Virus record (IMG/VR): IMGVR_UViG_3300017991_005548
Coordinates: 62,001-126,000 of that record
Strand: one strand, 5' to 3'
DNA length: 64,000 bases
Position numbers and translations under genes: made by a program. The number at the start of each line of letters is the position of its first letter. Position 1 is the stretch's first letter. Positions 44,035-53,577 of the stretch are shown here, one piece after another. The notes beneath the pieces were generated by a model. The model searched no databases, was not told the origin of the DNA, and saw only the letters and a list, made by a program, of their open reading frames with translations.

Positions 44035-44105
44035 AGCACGATGTCGGAATCGAACCGACTTCTGCGGGTTTGCAATCCGCCGCCTCACCATCTGGCTCAT
44101 CGTGC
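44035..44105 (-). tRNA. tRNA-Cys(GCA), no encoded CCA
   Basis: Loop TTGCAAA, U73. Confidence 0.9.
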
Positions 44106-44141
44106 ATGGCAATAAAATTTCAAAGATCTCTTGATGTTTTA

Positions 44142-44213
44142 AATATTCCCGTTCGGTAACATTCGAAACACTCTGAAGTTCAAAACCTTAGAATATTACC
44201 GCTCGGTAACATT
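44142..44213. repeat. pair of 22-bp palindromes 50 bp apart
   Basis: AATATT(C/A)CCG(TT/CT)CGGTAACATT at ~44142-44163 and ~44192-44213. Confidence 0.65.
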
Positions 44214-44233
44214 TTGGCTATCAATTAAGCCAT

Positions 44234-44266
44234 AAAAAAACCCCGTTCGGAAAACCGAACGGGGTT
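44234..44266 (-). terminator. attenuator terminator of the Cys/Tyr/Leu/Ser tRNA operon
   Basis: AACCCCGTTCGG-TTTT-CCGAACGGGGTT + U run. Confidence 0.9.
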
Positions 44267-44284
44267 GAAAACCGAGTTAAGAAC

Positions 44285-44362
44285 TTACGTTCTCTGGACG
44301 CACAACCCCGTCCATCTCAAACTGAGATATGATGAACATAGGCTGAGCGATAAAGATTTCAT
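44285..44362 (-). CDS. Ser/Leu/Cys/Tyr attenuator leader peptide MKSLSLSLCSSYLSLRWTGLCVQRT
   Basis: 25 codons; residues 3-15 are only S,L,C,Y; RBS AGGA. Confidence 0.8.
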   Translation of the reverse strand: MKSLSLSLCSSYLSLRWTGLCVQRT

Positions 44363-44401
44363 TATAAGTTCTTTCCTGTTAAAAATTCAAATTACAACCC
44401 T

Positions 44402-44429
44402 ATTATAAACTGGATCTGAAGCTTTTCAA
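44402..44429 (-). promoter_or_regulatory. promoter of the Cys/Tyr/Leu/Ser tRNA operon
   Basis: TTGAAA-N16-TATAAT. Confidence 0.8.
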
Positions 44430-44731
44430 GTTGAAAACGCAATTATTTCAAATTTTTCTTTTTCTTTCAGCCATTCGTACTCATGAAGGTAAGGGTTATC
44501 GTAGAAAATAATTGGATACTTTCCACCACCAGTACATATTGGGACAACATTATAGGATAGCCATTCAGTCGCCTCTTCAAAATCCATCCCTTCTCCCATG
44601 AACTTCTGCAACATAAGTTCATAAGAATAAATAAGTTCATCTCTTATGGTGATGCCAACAACACAATTGTCCAAATCATCTAGTTTAATGGTCCCATCAT
44701 CACATTCTTCCAATATTTTTTGAATATCCAT
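44426..44731 (-). CDS. hypothetical phage protein
   Basis: ORF track. Confidence 0.55.
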   Translation of the reverse strand: MDIQKILEECDDGTIKLDDLDNCVVGITIRDELIYSYELMLQKFMGEGMDFEEATEWLSYNVVPICTGGGKYPIIFYDNPYLHEYEWLKEKEKFEIIAFST

Positions 44732-44986
44732 TTATGGGCCAACCCAAATAATTCCAATGTTTTTACCAACAGTTACTTTTAATTTAACCATATTATTGCC
44801 GATTGCAACGATTCTGTTGAATTTGTAGGTAATAATCTCTCTGGCTTGGATCATGGAGTTACATACGCCTGTTGAAACGGTAAAACAGGTATCAGGACAT
44901 TCTATGCTTGCTTGAATGCCACGGGGATGAATATTCTCAAATATTATGTGAGCTTCTTCTCCACAAACTGGGCATTTCATACTCAT
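44732..44986 (-). CDS. small Zn-ribbon protein (Lar-like)
   Basis: KCPVCG...IECPDTC. Confidence 0.45.
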   Translation of the reverse strand: MSMKCPVCGEEAHIIFENIHPRGIQASIECPDTCFTVSTGVCNSMIQAREIITYKFNRIVAIGNNMVKLKVTVGKNIGIIWVGP

Positions 44987-44991
44987 GGCAC

Positions 44992-45106
44992 AAAAAAAGT
45001 GCGATACATCTCAACATCAACAACTCGAAATAATCGTACAGGCCGCTAAACCTAACAACTACGCCCCATGGTAGCTAGAATCGCCAACGTTAAAACATAC
45101 CGCACT
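44992..45106 (-). ncRNA. G-U-rich long-stem RNA with multiloop, ending in U run
   Basis: AGTGCGGTATGTTTTAACGTTGGCGA pairs with TTGTTGATGTTGAGATGTATCGCACT; inner hairpins. Confidence 0.5.
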
Positions 45107-45110
45107 AAAG

Positions 45111-45710
45111 CTATTTTATCTTACCTTTCATGATTTTCTTGGCGATATCCAAAATATTCTCGTCAATGGGGAATACATCTTTTTTCTGGTCGATCTGACC
45201 AAGATGATCTTCAAGTTCATCACTTTCGAACTCATCATCTTCAGGAATTACTCCAAAATGCTCTGGAAGAAGTTTCCTTAACAAATCAGTGCTAATCATA
45301 ATATCCATGTTTTCCAACACAGAGATAATTATGGCATCAATGAACCCTACTCTACTGATCGCATCAATAATTCCGTCTGAAACTGACGACAACATGATAT
45401 TAACGTTGATTACTTCATCCCCTATTTCAGGATCATAATGCAAGTCAATATAAATACCGCTCAAGAATCGGTCTCCAGCCCTCCAAGTATTTACCATAGT
45501 TTTGTATACTTCTACCATATTTGGTGCGTGTGGGTCATCTTCGTTCACTTCCAAAACATAATTAATGGATTGGGCAACTTCATCAGATACTGGGAAAAAC
45601 AATATGCAATTGTTCTGAATCTCTGAAGCTAAAGGCAATACGAGTCCCCCAGAACTATCTTCGTTGATCTGTGATTGATCAACGCATGGCATTACGTGGA
45701 ATCTGTTCAT
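45111..45710 (-). CDS. DUF151 (bifunctional nuclease)-like protein
   Basis: Overall pattern resembles DUF151; inference. Confidence 0.4.
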   Translation of the reverse strand: MNRFHVMPCVDQSQINEDSSGGLVLPLASEIQNNCILFFPVSDEVAQSINYVLEVNEDDPHAPNMVEVYKTMVNTWRAGDRFLSGIYIDLHYDPEIGDEVINVNIMLSSVSDGIIDAISRVGFIDAIIISVLENMDIMISTDLLRKLLPEHFGVIPEDDEFESDELEDHLGQIDQKKDVFPIDENILDIAKKIMKGKIK

Positions 45711-45745
45711 GTGAAAACCTCAAAATCTTGATACCTTATTATACA

Positions 45746-46000
45746 TTATCTTCTGCAAATTGGTAGCTGAACATACAATTGATTTGAAGAAGGCTGTTCT
45801 GTTGTGTTACCTGGGTTACCCCGAAAATGTTTTCCAGCATATCTGTAAACAGGTTGTTGCCAATACTGAGGTTGATTGATGTAATATGGATGAGTGTAGA
45901 ACTTCAACCAATATGCTGGTCCAGTACTGTCTAATTGGATCAACGGAGGTGGATATCCGCTAAATCTATACTGATACTTGTCTTTATCGTATTCTGTCAT
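45746..46000 (-). CDS. hypothetical protein
   Basis: ORF track. Confidence 0.45.
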   Translation of the reverse strand: MTEYDKDKYQYRFSGYPPPLIQLDSTGPAYWLKFYTHPYYINQPQYWQQPVYRYAGKHFRGNPGNTTEQPSSNQLYVQLPICRR

Positions 46001-46257
46001 ATGATATCCAAAGTGTTTTGGGTTCTTTTGGCGACAGTTCCGTATTTGGAACCGTATCGAGTGGCAGAGAAACGATAATAATCTTTAATCTTCTGCTGAT
46101 AATCTTCGTCAAAAGAATTGATGTCAACCCTACCTTCTAACACATTAACTGCATCAATTCGGAGTTGTTGGACATCGGGAGGAACCCCAAGTACATCATC
46201 ACCTATCTGCTCAGGCCCAATAGGTTCTTGGGGATACAGTTGATTTTGATTCGCCAT
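45997..46257 (-). CDS. hypothetical protein
   Basis: ORF track. Confidence 0.45.
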   Translation of the reverse strand: MANQNQLYPQEPIGPEQIGDDVLGVPPDVQQLRIDAVNVLEGRVDINSFDEDYQQKIKDYYRFSATRYGSKYGTVAKRTQNTLDII

Positions 46258-47269
46258 ATGCCTCTCTCAAAGCTTTTACCAAGCCTTCCCTTTTATCTTT
46301 ACCAATATACTTCGAGGGAATCTGAGGCAATACCTTCACAAAAATAGTCCCACCATTCAAGAAGTCAACTTTGATCTCATAGAATTTTTCAGTGTCCCAA
46401 TCTGACTTTAGTTGAAACGTGACATCCTTCTTCTTGAACAGTTTAACGGTAATGTTTTCTTCAGCTAAAATCTTATCAATTGTAACTTGAACAGATAGAA
46501 AAAGATCCGATCCTTTCTGAACAACCCCATCTTGCTCAGAAGGATAATTAACAACAACGTAATGAGACCCAGTATAAGTAGAGTCATCCGACTGATAAAT
46601 CGTATTTCCCTTGTCTTTGAGTCTCATACTGGCATTATGATTGATGTTTGGGGGGATCTGTATTCTCGTTTTTGAACGAGTTTGCATGTAGCCAACTCCT
46701 TTGCATTTCTCGCAAGGCTTGAATCTTTTTCCACTTCCACCACAGGCTCCACAAATGTTTATATATTGGAACCCAGGTTGATTTACGTGTTGTTGCCCTT
46801 GACCATTACAAGTAGGGCAAACAATTTCTTTTCCAAGAAATGCCCCAGTTGTTTTGCAAGCATCGCAAGCAACAACCTGTTGTATAGTGTGGTTTTTCTT
46901 ACAACCAAATATCGCTTCTGCTAGAGTAATGCTAATAGATGATCTCGAATCTGGATTGATCCGTTTTCTGGAAGGCTGATTGCTTCGTTGTCCCCCAAAG
47001 AAGTCTTTGAAAACACTCCAAGTTCTTGAAGTCCCAGAATGCGGATGTGGTTGTTGATTTCCTATCGTACCAAACCTGTCATATTGAGCTTTCTTTTGGG
47101 CATCCGAAAGGACTTCGTAAGCTAAAGAGATCTCTTTAAACTTCTCTTCTTTTGCCTCATCGCCAGCATTTTTATCAGGATGGTATTCCTTAGCTAATTT
47201 TCGATAAGCTTTCTTAATCTCATCCTGTGAAGCTTCTCGCCCCACCCCTAATACTTCATATGGATTCAT
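46211..47269 (-). CDS. dnaJ: DnaJ chaperone
   Basis: J domain HPDKN and CxxCxGxG repeats. Confidence 0.92.
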   Translation of the reverse strand: MNPYEVLGVGREASQDEIKKAYRKLAKEYHPDKNAGDEAKEEKFKEISLAYEVLSDAQKKAQYDRFGTIGNQQPHPHSGTSRTWSVFKDFFGGQRSNQPSRKRINPDSRSSISITLAEAIFGCKKNHTIQQVVACDACKTTGAFLGKEIVCPTCNGQGQQHVNQPGFQYINICGACGGSGKRFKPCEKCKGVGYMQTRSKTRIQIPPNINHNASMRLKDKGNTIYQSDDSTYTGSHYVVVNYPSEQDGVVQKGSDLFLSVQVTIDKILAEENITVKLFKKKDVTFQLKSDWDTEKFYEIKVDFLNGGTIFVKVLPQIPSKYIGKDKREGLVKALREAYGESKSTVSPRTYWA

Positions 47270-49578
47270 CTGGAACGCTTTCTCTTTCTTTTTCTAATGA
47301 CAATGTCGCCACTTTTATCAGCAGTTATAGTCAGAGTATAACTGTACTGATCGATATCCTCAATTTCAAGGATTGTGTCTGCAACAAGTGGCTCAACTTG
47401 TTTTGAAATAATTCGATCAAGTGACATGGCATTCATACCATGTTCAGAGTCATGATATTTAACAATAGCTTCAGCTATCTTCGCCCCAATCTTAATACTA
47501 ATGTATTTGTGATTAACGCGCTGAGCGAATTCTGTAAGTCTCATTTCTACAATGTCTTGAAGATTCTCTTTCGTCAGTTCCACAAATGGTACGAAGGCAT
47601 CGACACGATTAACGAATTCTTCACCATAAGATTTCTTACAGAAGTCAATTAAACGAGTTCTCTCATTTTCCACAAGGCTTTTTTTACCTTTTGAATTAAA
47701 ACCCATGGAAGCTGACTTAGAAATATTCAAACCGAAGTTACCTGTCATGATGAAGAAGATATTTTTGCAGTCAACCTTTTCACCTACTGCACTAGTAATG
47801 GTTCCTTCTGACATAACTTGTAAAAACAGCCTCATGACTTGTGGATGAGCTTTCTCAATTTCATCGAGCAGTAGGATGCAATAAGGTCTTCTTTTGATTT
47901 TGTCAACTACAACATCAACATCCTTGAAACCCACATATCCTGGTGGACTCCCAATTATTTTGCTAATTGAGTGTTTTTCAGAGTATTCTGACATATCAAT
48001 CTTAATCAGATTTTTCTCGCTTCCAAAAATTGCTTGAGATAACTGTTTGGCGGTATAAGTTTTCCCTGTTCCACTTTGCCCTCCAAAAGTAAGAACTCCA
48101 ATGGGTCTGTCAGGGTTTCTAACTCCGCTATAAGCATTTCTAAGTACCCTACAAACGCTTGTAACGGCTTCTTCTTGTCCAATTACTCTTTTCTTCAGAA
48201 ATTCCTCAGTCTTTTTAATTCTTTCATGTGTATCCCACATGATAACTTCTAAAGGAACTCCGCATTGTTTACTGATGACTTTGGCAACATCATCTGAGGT
48301 AATTATGGGAGTGTGTTCGTCATTTTCCGACCAAGCGTTTTGAGCACATGCAGTATCCATACAGTCAATTGCTTTATCTGGGAAGTATTTGGTTGGTCTG
48401 TATCGTTTGGTCAGATTGATAATGGAGTCAATAGCATCGTTTGAGATCGTGCATTCATGATACTTTTCAAAACGATCTTTGATTCCCATCAAGATTTTTT
48501 TGACATCTTCATCTGATGGTTCATCAATATTGACAACTCCAAAGCGTCTTGATAATGCCCCATCGTCAACAAAATGTTTTTTATATTCTTGATGAGTTGT
48601 GGCCCCAATACACTTCAACTTCCTTGCAAGAGCAGGTTTAAGAATGTTTGCGGCATCCATAGCGGAGCCAGCACCTCCTGCACCTACAATCGTATGAATT
48701 TCATCAATAAACAGAATGACATCTGGATCATCTTCAACGGCCTTGATTAGATCCTGTATCCTTTTTTCAAAATCTCCACGATATTTTGTCCCTGCAACCA
48801 TTCCTGCCATATTGAGGGAATAAATCCTACACCCTCTGAGTTTGGGAGGGACAGCATTACTGATGATTCTTTGAGCGATGCCCTCAACAATAGCAGTCTT
48901 CCCGACTCCAGCTTCACCAACTAAAATTGGATTTGATTTTGTTCTTCTGCAAAGGATTGTAATTGTTTCTTCGATTTCTGAATCTCTTGAAATTATCGGA
49001 TCAAATTCTCCGTTGTTTGCCAACTCTGTCATATCAGTGCAGTATTGGTCAATAATAGAGTCTTTGGTCTTTTTCTTCGAACTTCTTGAAGTTTTAACTG
49101 TGCTTTTGTGAGATTTGCTACTTAAGATCTCTTCAATGCAACTCTTGAACTCCTTGCATTCTTTGGAAATGATTCTCTTAAGATTCAGGTGAAGATCCAT
49201 GATAGATATGAACAGATGTCCAAGTCCAACGATTTTGTGGCCATTATCGCGAGATAACTTATCTGCCGCTTTGCACACTTCAACGATTTCTTTTGAAATA
49301 TTAATTTCGTCAAAGGTAACCCCAGAGTCCCCACTCTCATTTTCCTTTTGTCTATTGGAAAGGAGTCTCTTAAACTTCTTAACGCAAGTGTCTAAATCAA
49401 CTCCATGCTCGTGCAACGCTAATGTTACAACGTTTTCTCCAGTGAGCAATGTTCCAATCAAGAATGACTCTGGATATAGGCAATCCACATGAGCATCAAT
49501 ACTTGCGGCTTTAGCAAATACGATCATGTGTAGAACATCGTTACTAAACCTGTCATACATCTTCTGGTTTTCTGACAT
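47266..49578 (-). CDS. Clp/Hsp100 ATPase (ClpA/B/C class)
   Basis: Clp N-domain, [35 protein letters not shown]. Confidence 0.95.
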   Translation of the reverse strand: MSENQKMYDRFSNDVLHMIVFAKAASIDAHVDCLYPESFLIGTLLTGENVVTLALHEHGVDLDTCVKKFKRLLSNRQKENESGDSGVTFDEINISKEIVEVCKAADKLSRDNGHKIVGLGHLFISIMDLHLNLKRIISKECKEFKSCIEEILSSKSHKSTVKTSRSSKKKTKDSIIDQYCTDMTELANNGEFDPIISRDSEIEETITILCRRTKSNPILVGEAGVGKTAIVEGIAQRIISNAVPPKLRGCRIYSLNMAGMVAGTKYRGDFEKRIQDLIKAVEDDPDVILFIDEIHTIVGAGGAGSAMDAANILKPALARKLKCIGATTHQEYKKHFVDDGALSRRFGVVNIDEPSDEDVKKILMGIKDRFEKYHECTISNDAIDSIINLTKRYRPTKYFPDKAIDCMDTACAQNAWSENDEHTPIITSDDVAKVISKQCGVPLEVIMWDTHERIKKTEEFLKKRVIGQEEAVTSVCRVLRNAYSGVRNPDRPIGVLTFGGQSGTGKTYTAKQLSQAIFGSEKNLIKIDMSEYSEKHSISKIIGSPPGYVGFKDVDVVVDKIKRRPYCILLLDEIEKAHPQVMRLFLQVMSEGTITSAVGEKVDCKNIFFIMTGNFGLNISKSASMGFNSKGKKSLVENERTRLIDFCKKSYGEEFVNRVDAFVPFVELTKENLQDIVEMRLTEFAQRVNHKYISIKIGAKIAEAIVKYHDSEHGMNAMSLDRIISKQVEPLVADTILEIEDIDQYSYTLTITADKSGDIVIRKRKRKRSR

Positions 49579-49596
49579 ATCTTAATCCTTTCTAAT

Positions 49597-49803
49597 TTAG
49601 GAGCAAAAAACTTCCTCTTCTTCTTCAAAACGTAAAAAACTTAACACTTCATCAAGATCATCTCCAGACAATTCCTGGTAGATCTTTGCGATACCATTAA
49701 TCTCATCATCAGACAGGTCGGGATAACGAGACAACGCCAACTTCCCCTTCTTGTTCATGCTAATCAGGGGTCTTCCTTTTTTATCTCTTATTTCGAATGA
49801 CAT
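49597..49803 (-). CDS. hypothetical protein
   Basis: ORF track, RBS GGAGG. Confidence 0.55.
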   Translation of the reverse strand: MSFEIRDKKGRPLISMNKKGKLALSRYPDLSDDEINGIAKIYQELSGDDLDEVLSFLRFEEEEEVFCS

Positions 49804-49828
49804 AGCTACCTCCTAAAATGTCTACCTT

Positions 49829-49856
49829 AATATACTCAGGTTTCTACTCAAGTCAA
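49829..49856 (-). promoter_or_regulatory. sigma70-like promoter
   Basis: TTGACT-N16-TATATT. Confidence 0.65.
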
Positions 49857-49872
49857 GCTAAGGTAGCTAATA

Positions 49873-50991
49873 TTATTCGATGTCTACAAAATTGACAATT
49901 GGGTTGTAATCTTCGGGCATATACTCGTCTTCAGCGAGAGCCACTAATTTCCTCAAACTGTCCTTAATAACCTTTTTGTCTCGTTCGCCTTTATACTTGC
50001 TGACTTCGTTATCCAATTCTTCTAGAGTCTTCTTGATTTCTTCGTCATTATAAAAATTCAAATTGTTAATATGCTTGATCATCTTTTTGATTTTTCTGAC
50101 ATGCATCTTATTCACATCTCTGTCATGACGTTGTAGAACTTTGTAAGTATTATCTGCCAACTCAGCGATTTGATGCCTCAAGAAAGAAACCGTGGAATCT
50201 AGGAACGAATCTACTAGTTCTTTCTTTTTGTCTTGATATTCTTGAGCAACAACTTGCTTCATTTCAAGTTCCAAACGGTGGTCAAGAGCTTTTTGCTCAC
50301 TGTCTCTTGCAATCTGTTCGGCCTTAGCGATATCACTCTGAATAAAGGATGGTAACGGGATGGACAGAAATGTAACTTCATACTTGAATGAAGCCACTAT
50401 TTTTTCTCTGTCGGGGATTTTATCTATGATTCTTGAAGTGAAACTTTCAGTAAACGATACTGGAGGGGATTTGTCATCATCTGGATACAAACGTTTCCAG
50501 ACTTCATGAGCCATACCCTCATAGTCTTGTTTTACTTCTTCAATAATTGAATCGTATCGCATCCCTATGCTTTTGGCAAGATCTAAGAACTCATCTCGGA
50601 GATCATCACTTTCTGCTTTCCAGTTCTTGAAGGCAGAATATGGGACGAATTTTCCCCAAACAGTGTTGAAGCTATGTGATGTCAGGGTTTGTCTGGCTCG
50701 TCTTTCAACTGATGCGATTTCAGCAAGAACACTTGGAGGTAAAAGCTTCTCATGCCCTAGATCGATATAGTTGAGCATGAAATCTTTGTGATCTGAATTG
50801 TTAAAATCAATACCAAGTTCTTCATATTTTAGACGACTAATTGCTCTCCATCTGGAAAGGGTCAGTTTGACAATGACTCCTTGTTCCATTAAAGCAAGTG
50901 CCCAATCGTCCCTGAACTGTTTGATTTCAACTTCCTGTCCATTAATTTCCATCTTCAGGTTCCTTAGTGCAATTCTTCCTAAAGAACTCAA
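49873..50991 (-). CDS. helical hypothetical protein (DUF3150-like)
   Basis: 372 aa ORF; family call is inference. Confidence 0.45.
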   Translation of the reverse strand: MSSLGRIALRNLKMEINGQEVEIKQFRDDWALALMEQGVIVKLTLSRWRAISRLKYEELGIDFNNSDHKDFMLNYIDLGHEKLLPPSVLAEIASVERRARQTLTSHSFNTVWGKFVPYSAFKNWKAESDDLRDEFLDLAKSIGMRYDSIIEEVKQDYEGMAHEVWKRLYPDDDKSPPVSFTESFTSRIIDKIPDREKIVASFKYEVTFLSIPLPSFIQSDIAKAEQIARDSEQKALDHRLELEMKQVVAQEYQDKKKELVDSFLDSTVSFLRHQIAELADNTYKVLQRHDRDVNKMHVRKIKKMIKHINNLNFYNDEEIKKTLEELDNEVSKYKGERDKKVIKDSLRKLVALAEDEYMPEDYNPIVNFVDIE

Positions 50992-51658
50992 CTAATCGTT
51001 CTGGACAGAATTGATTTACTGTTGCTCTGGTGTCAATCCCTGGCAACCCCGCATATTTCCTAAGGAAATTATACATAAGTCTGTCATCATTGTATTCTTC
51101 AGTGTTTCGATAGAGACATGCCGCAGATACTCCATACTTTCTTTTAAAGATCATACAGTTGTTGTCAACCATCTTGTATGGAGTTTTTGCATCCTCTCCA
51201 ACACTCTCGAACTCATCAATGCCAATACATTCATATTGGTCGTCTGAAGTCGTTGTCCAGATCCTTCGTCTGCAAAACCCCCATTCTTTCCCACCAAGGA
51301 CTTCCATAATGTTGTCAACATGGTCAGCATCCCACATTGCGTCATCATCTAGGAAAGTAACCCATTCAGTGTTAGCAATCATCAAGCCAACAGCCCTTAA
51401 TGCAGATCCAGCGGCCTTCGAGTTGATAAGATTGTCCTTAATCACAATACTATTTACAGAATAATTCGCTCCTTCTCGTTCCATGTCATATGGAGACCTA
51501 ACTTTCCCCGCATCATTTGGGAACAGGAATTCATCTTCTCTCTTATTGTCCCACAACAGAAGATGTTTTATGGGAATAACCGATTTCTGGTTCTGCACTG
51601 ATTGCATTGTAAGCTTAAGACTGTCTCTGCCTGTTGTCGGTGTAATTACAGTGATCAT
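50942..51658 (-). CDS. glycosyltransferase family 2 protein
   Basis: ITVITPT.GR, WVTFLDDD. Confidence 0.8.
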   Translation of the reverse strand: MITVITPTTGRDSLKLTMQSVQNQKSVIPIKHLLLWDNKREDEFLFPNDAGKVRSPYDMEREGANYSVNSIVIKDNLINSKAAGSALRAVGLMIANTEWVTFLDDDAMWDADHVDNIMEVLGGKEWGFCRRRIWTTTSDDQYECIGIDEFESVGEDAKTPYKMVDNNCMIFKRKYGVSAACLYRNTEEYNDDRLMYNFLRKYAGLPGIDTRATVNQFCPERLVEFFRKNCTKEPEDGN

Positions 51659-52491
51659 AGTTGTCCTCCTAAATCAAAACCCGCTTCTGGCAAATCCAGA
51701 ACGTTTGGCATTTCTGGCATTTCTGACATTTCTGGGTTCATTAACTCTTGTTGAGGTCCGTTGTCTTCTGGAACGCTCTTTGGCACCTTTTTCTGAACAA
51801 CAACTTCAAAATTCCAAAGAGCATGAGATTTTTCACCATAATGTCTCAGAACAATACTGGTGTCTGCGAAAATCTGCCCCCCGATATCTCTCCATCTTTG
51901 GCAAAAGCTCCAATCTTCAGAGAGATATTTCTTCTTTTCTCCATCTTTGAGATGCAAAGTCTGGAGCATTGGGATGTAAAGGCCGTAAATCTTCTTGTCT
52001 GACATATTGTCATCGCCATCATAGATTAGGTCTGGGTATGCATCGATCATTTTCTCAACTGCGCTTCTGTGCAAGCACCAACATCCGCTAGACATCCAAA
52101 GCATTGGAAGTAAGCCCTGATCGAAGTTTGGTTGTCTATTCCTGTCCATCGGAACAGATGAACAAATCGTTTCTTCATCATTCTTCAACGCATACAGTCC
52201 ACCAACAAACTTTGCTTCATGAGAAACAAGTTTGGTAAAAATGTTATTGCTGGAGAATTTGTTAATGATTTCTAAGTCAGAATCAATAGAAATGAAATAG
52301 TCACACTCCTCATATTCATGCATAAATGCGCTAAGATGTACGTTCCTGACTCTAGAAATCATTGAGTCGTTTTCACTGTAATAAATCTGTATGTCATGCT
52401 CTTTACAACTATGGATGGCGCTATATAAGCTTTGCATCATTTTTAGGTGAGGTCTGCCCAAGACAGGGACGGATACCAAAATCTTTGCCAT
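51655..52491 (-). CDS. GT-A fold glycosyltransferase-like protein
   Basis: FISIDSD, SEDWSFCQRW...ADTSIVLRHYG. Confidence 0.75.
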   Translation of the reverse strand: MAKILVSVPVLGRPHLKMMQSLYSAIHSCKEHDIQIYYSENDSMISRVRNVHLSAFMHEYEECDYFISIDSDLEIINKFSSNNIFTKLVSHEAKFVGGLYALKNDEETICSSVPMDRNRQPNFDQGLLPMLWMSSGCWCLHRSAVEKMIDAYPDLIYDGDDNMSDKKIYGLYIPMLQTLHLKDGEKKKYLSEDWSFCQRWRDIGGQIFADTSIVLRHYGEKSHALWNFEVVVQKKVPKSVPEDNGPQQELMNPEMSEMPEMPNVLDLPEAGFDLGGQL

Positions 52492-53027
52492 TATTGATTC
52501 TCCTTGTACTCAATATAATCTAAAGTTTTTTGAAGTAGCTCTTTTGTATTATCAAGGTTATTATACACGATGATTTGAGGAGGAGGGGCCATAGCCGCAA
52601 TCATTTTCTTTTTAGCCTTAATATCGTTCTCATCAATGCATTTTGACCCAATCGTACCATAAACAATTCTATGGATACCTTTTTGTAAAATCATCCGAAG
52701 GCATCTGTGGCAAGGTTCTCCAGTTACATATATCGTGGAGCTACCCAAATCAGAATAACTGCCATGATAATTAATCAAACAGTTTTCTTCTGCATGAATC
52801 ATATACCAGTACTTATCTGGGCGTTTGGATAAATCTTCGTCACTAAAAGTACCACCTTTTAATGGGCCGTTGTATCCAATTGACAAAAGTCTGTGATCGT
52901 AAGAGACTAAGCAGGCTCCATGAACAGTACTTTTATCAACAGATCTTTGGGCGACAGTAAGTGCCAATGCCATATAGTAATCGTCCCAATTTGGTTTCGT
53001 CTCTTCGCCACCTTGCCATTTACCCAT
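52491..53027 (-). CDS. dCMP deaminase
   Basis: GYNG, HAEEN, PCHRC. Confidence 0.92.
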   Translation of the reverse strand: MGKWQGGEETKPNWDDYYMALALTVAQRSVDKSTVHGACLVSYDHRLLSIGYNGPLKGGTFSDEDLSKRPDKYWYMIHAEENCLINYHGSYSDLGSSTIYVTGEPCHRCLRMILQKGIHRIVYGTIGSKCIDENDIKAKKKMIAAMAPPPQIIVYNNLDNTKELLQKTLDYIEYKENQ

Positions 53028-53577
53028 TTTTCAATCTCCCAAACGCTTCATAGCCTATTTTTTGTACAGTTTGATAATTCTGATTTTCCAAAGCTTCGTT
53101 TAATCTTCTATAAGCTTTTGAAACCCATACTTTATGTTTGTGAAAGTCTTTTCTCAATAACATTCTGCATTGATTTGAGACCAGGATGTTCTCATTTTCA
53201 ATTTGTCTTTCGAAATTGATCTTTTTCGAAACGTTTTTCATCCCCTGAAGGATTAAGTCATCCACATCTTTGATGTTATAGTACTTGCAAAGATAGTTGA
53301 TCGCTTCCATCTGATTTCTTAAACCAAAGAAGTCGATGCAAAAGTGGATAATTGTTCCTTTCTTCTGACAGCCAAAACAATGATATAGCCAAACTCCGTC
53401 TATGTTATTTACATGGAAGGAAGGTTTAGTCTCGTAATGGTCTGGCAATGGACACTCACAAACTGCGCCCATTTCATCTCGGTTCCACTTGAGATCTAAT
53501 CCAGATTCAGTTTCAATGAATTCTGGAAGATCGCAAGTTTTTACGAGATGTTCTCTTAGATACCTTAGATCACTCAT
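53020..53577 (-). CDS. DNA primase zinc-binding (CHC2) domain protein
   Basis: CPLPDH.E..PSF...YHCFGC...G..I.F. Confidence 0.8.
   Translation of the reverse strand: MSDLRYLREHLVKTCDLPEFIETESGLDLKWNRDEMGAVCECPLPDHYETKPSFHVNNIDGVWLYHCFGCQKKGTIIHFCIDFFGLRNQMEAINYLCKYYNIKDVDDLILQGMKNVSKKINFERQIENENILVSNQCRMLLRKDFHKHKVWVSKAYRRLNEALENQNYQTVQKIGYEAFGRLKNG

Noticed and set aside
2654-44075. ORFs overlapping tRNA clusters (2654-2947, 7180-7389, 7744-7986, 29046-29285, 29175-29384, 41306-41503, 41739-41927, 41851-42039, 43115-43426, 43884-44075)
   Set aside because: Translations of tRNA sequence; no RBS or protein motifs.
2872-44429. T-box riboswitches as the tRNA-operon leaders
   Set aside because: No T-box consensus or specifier stem I. 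The leaders are short and contain translated ORFs overlapping the antiterminators.
41499-45075. Shared 11-mer GCTACCATGGG between two ncRNA candidates
   Set aside because: An 11-mer match is not unexpected at this sequence length, and the two copies sit in different structural contexts.
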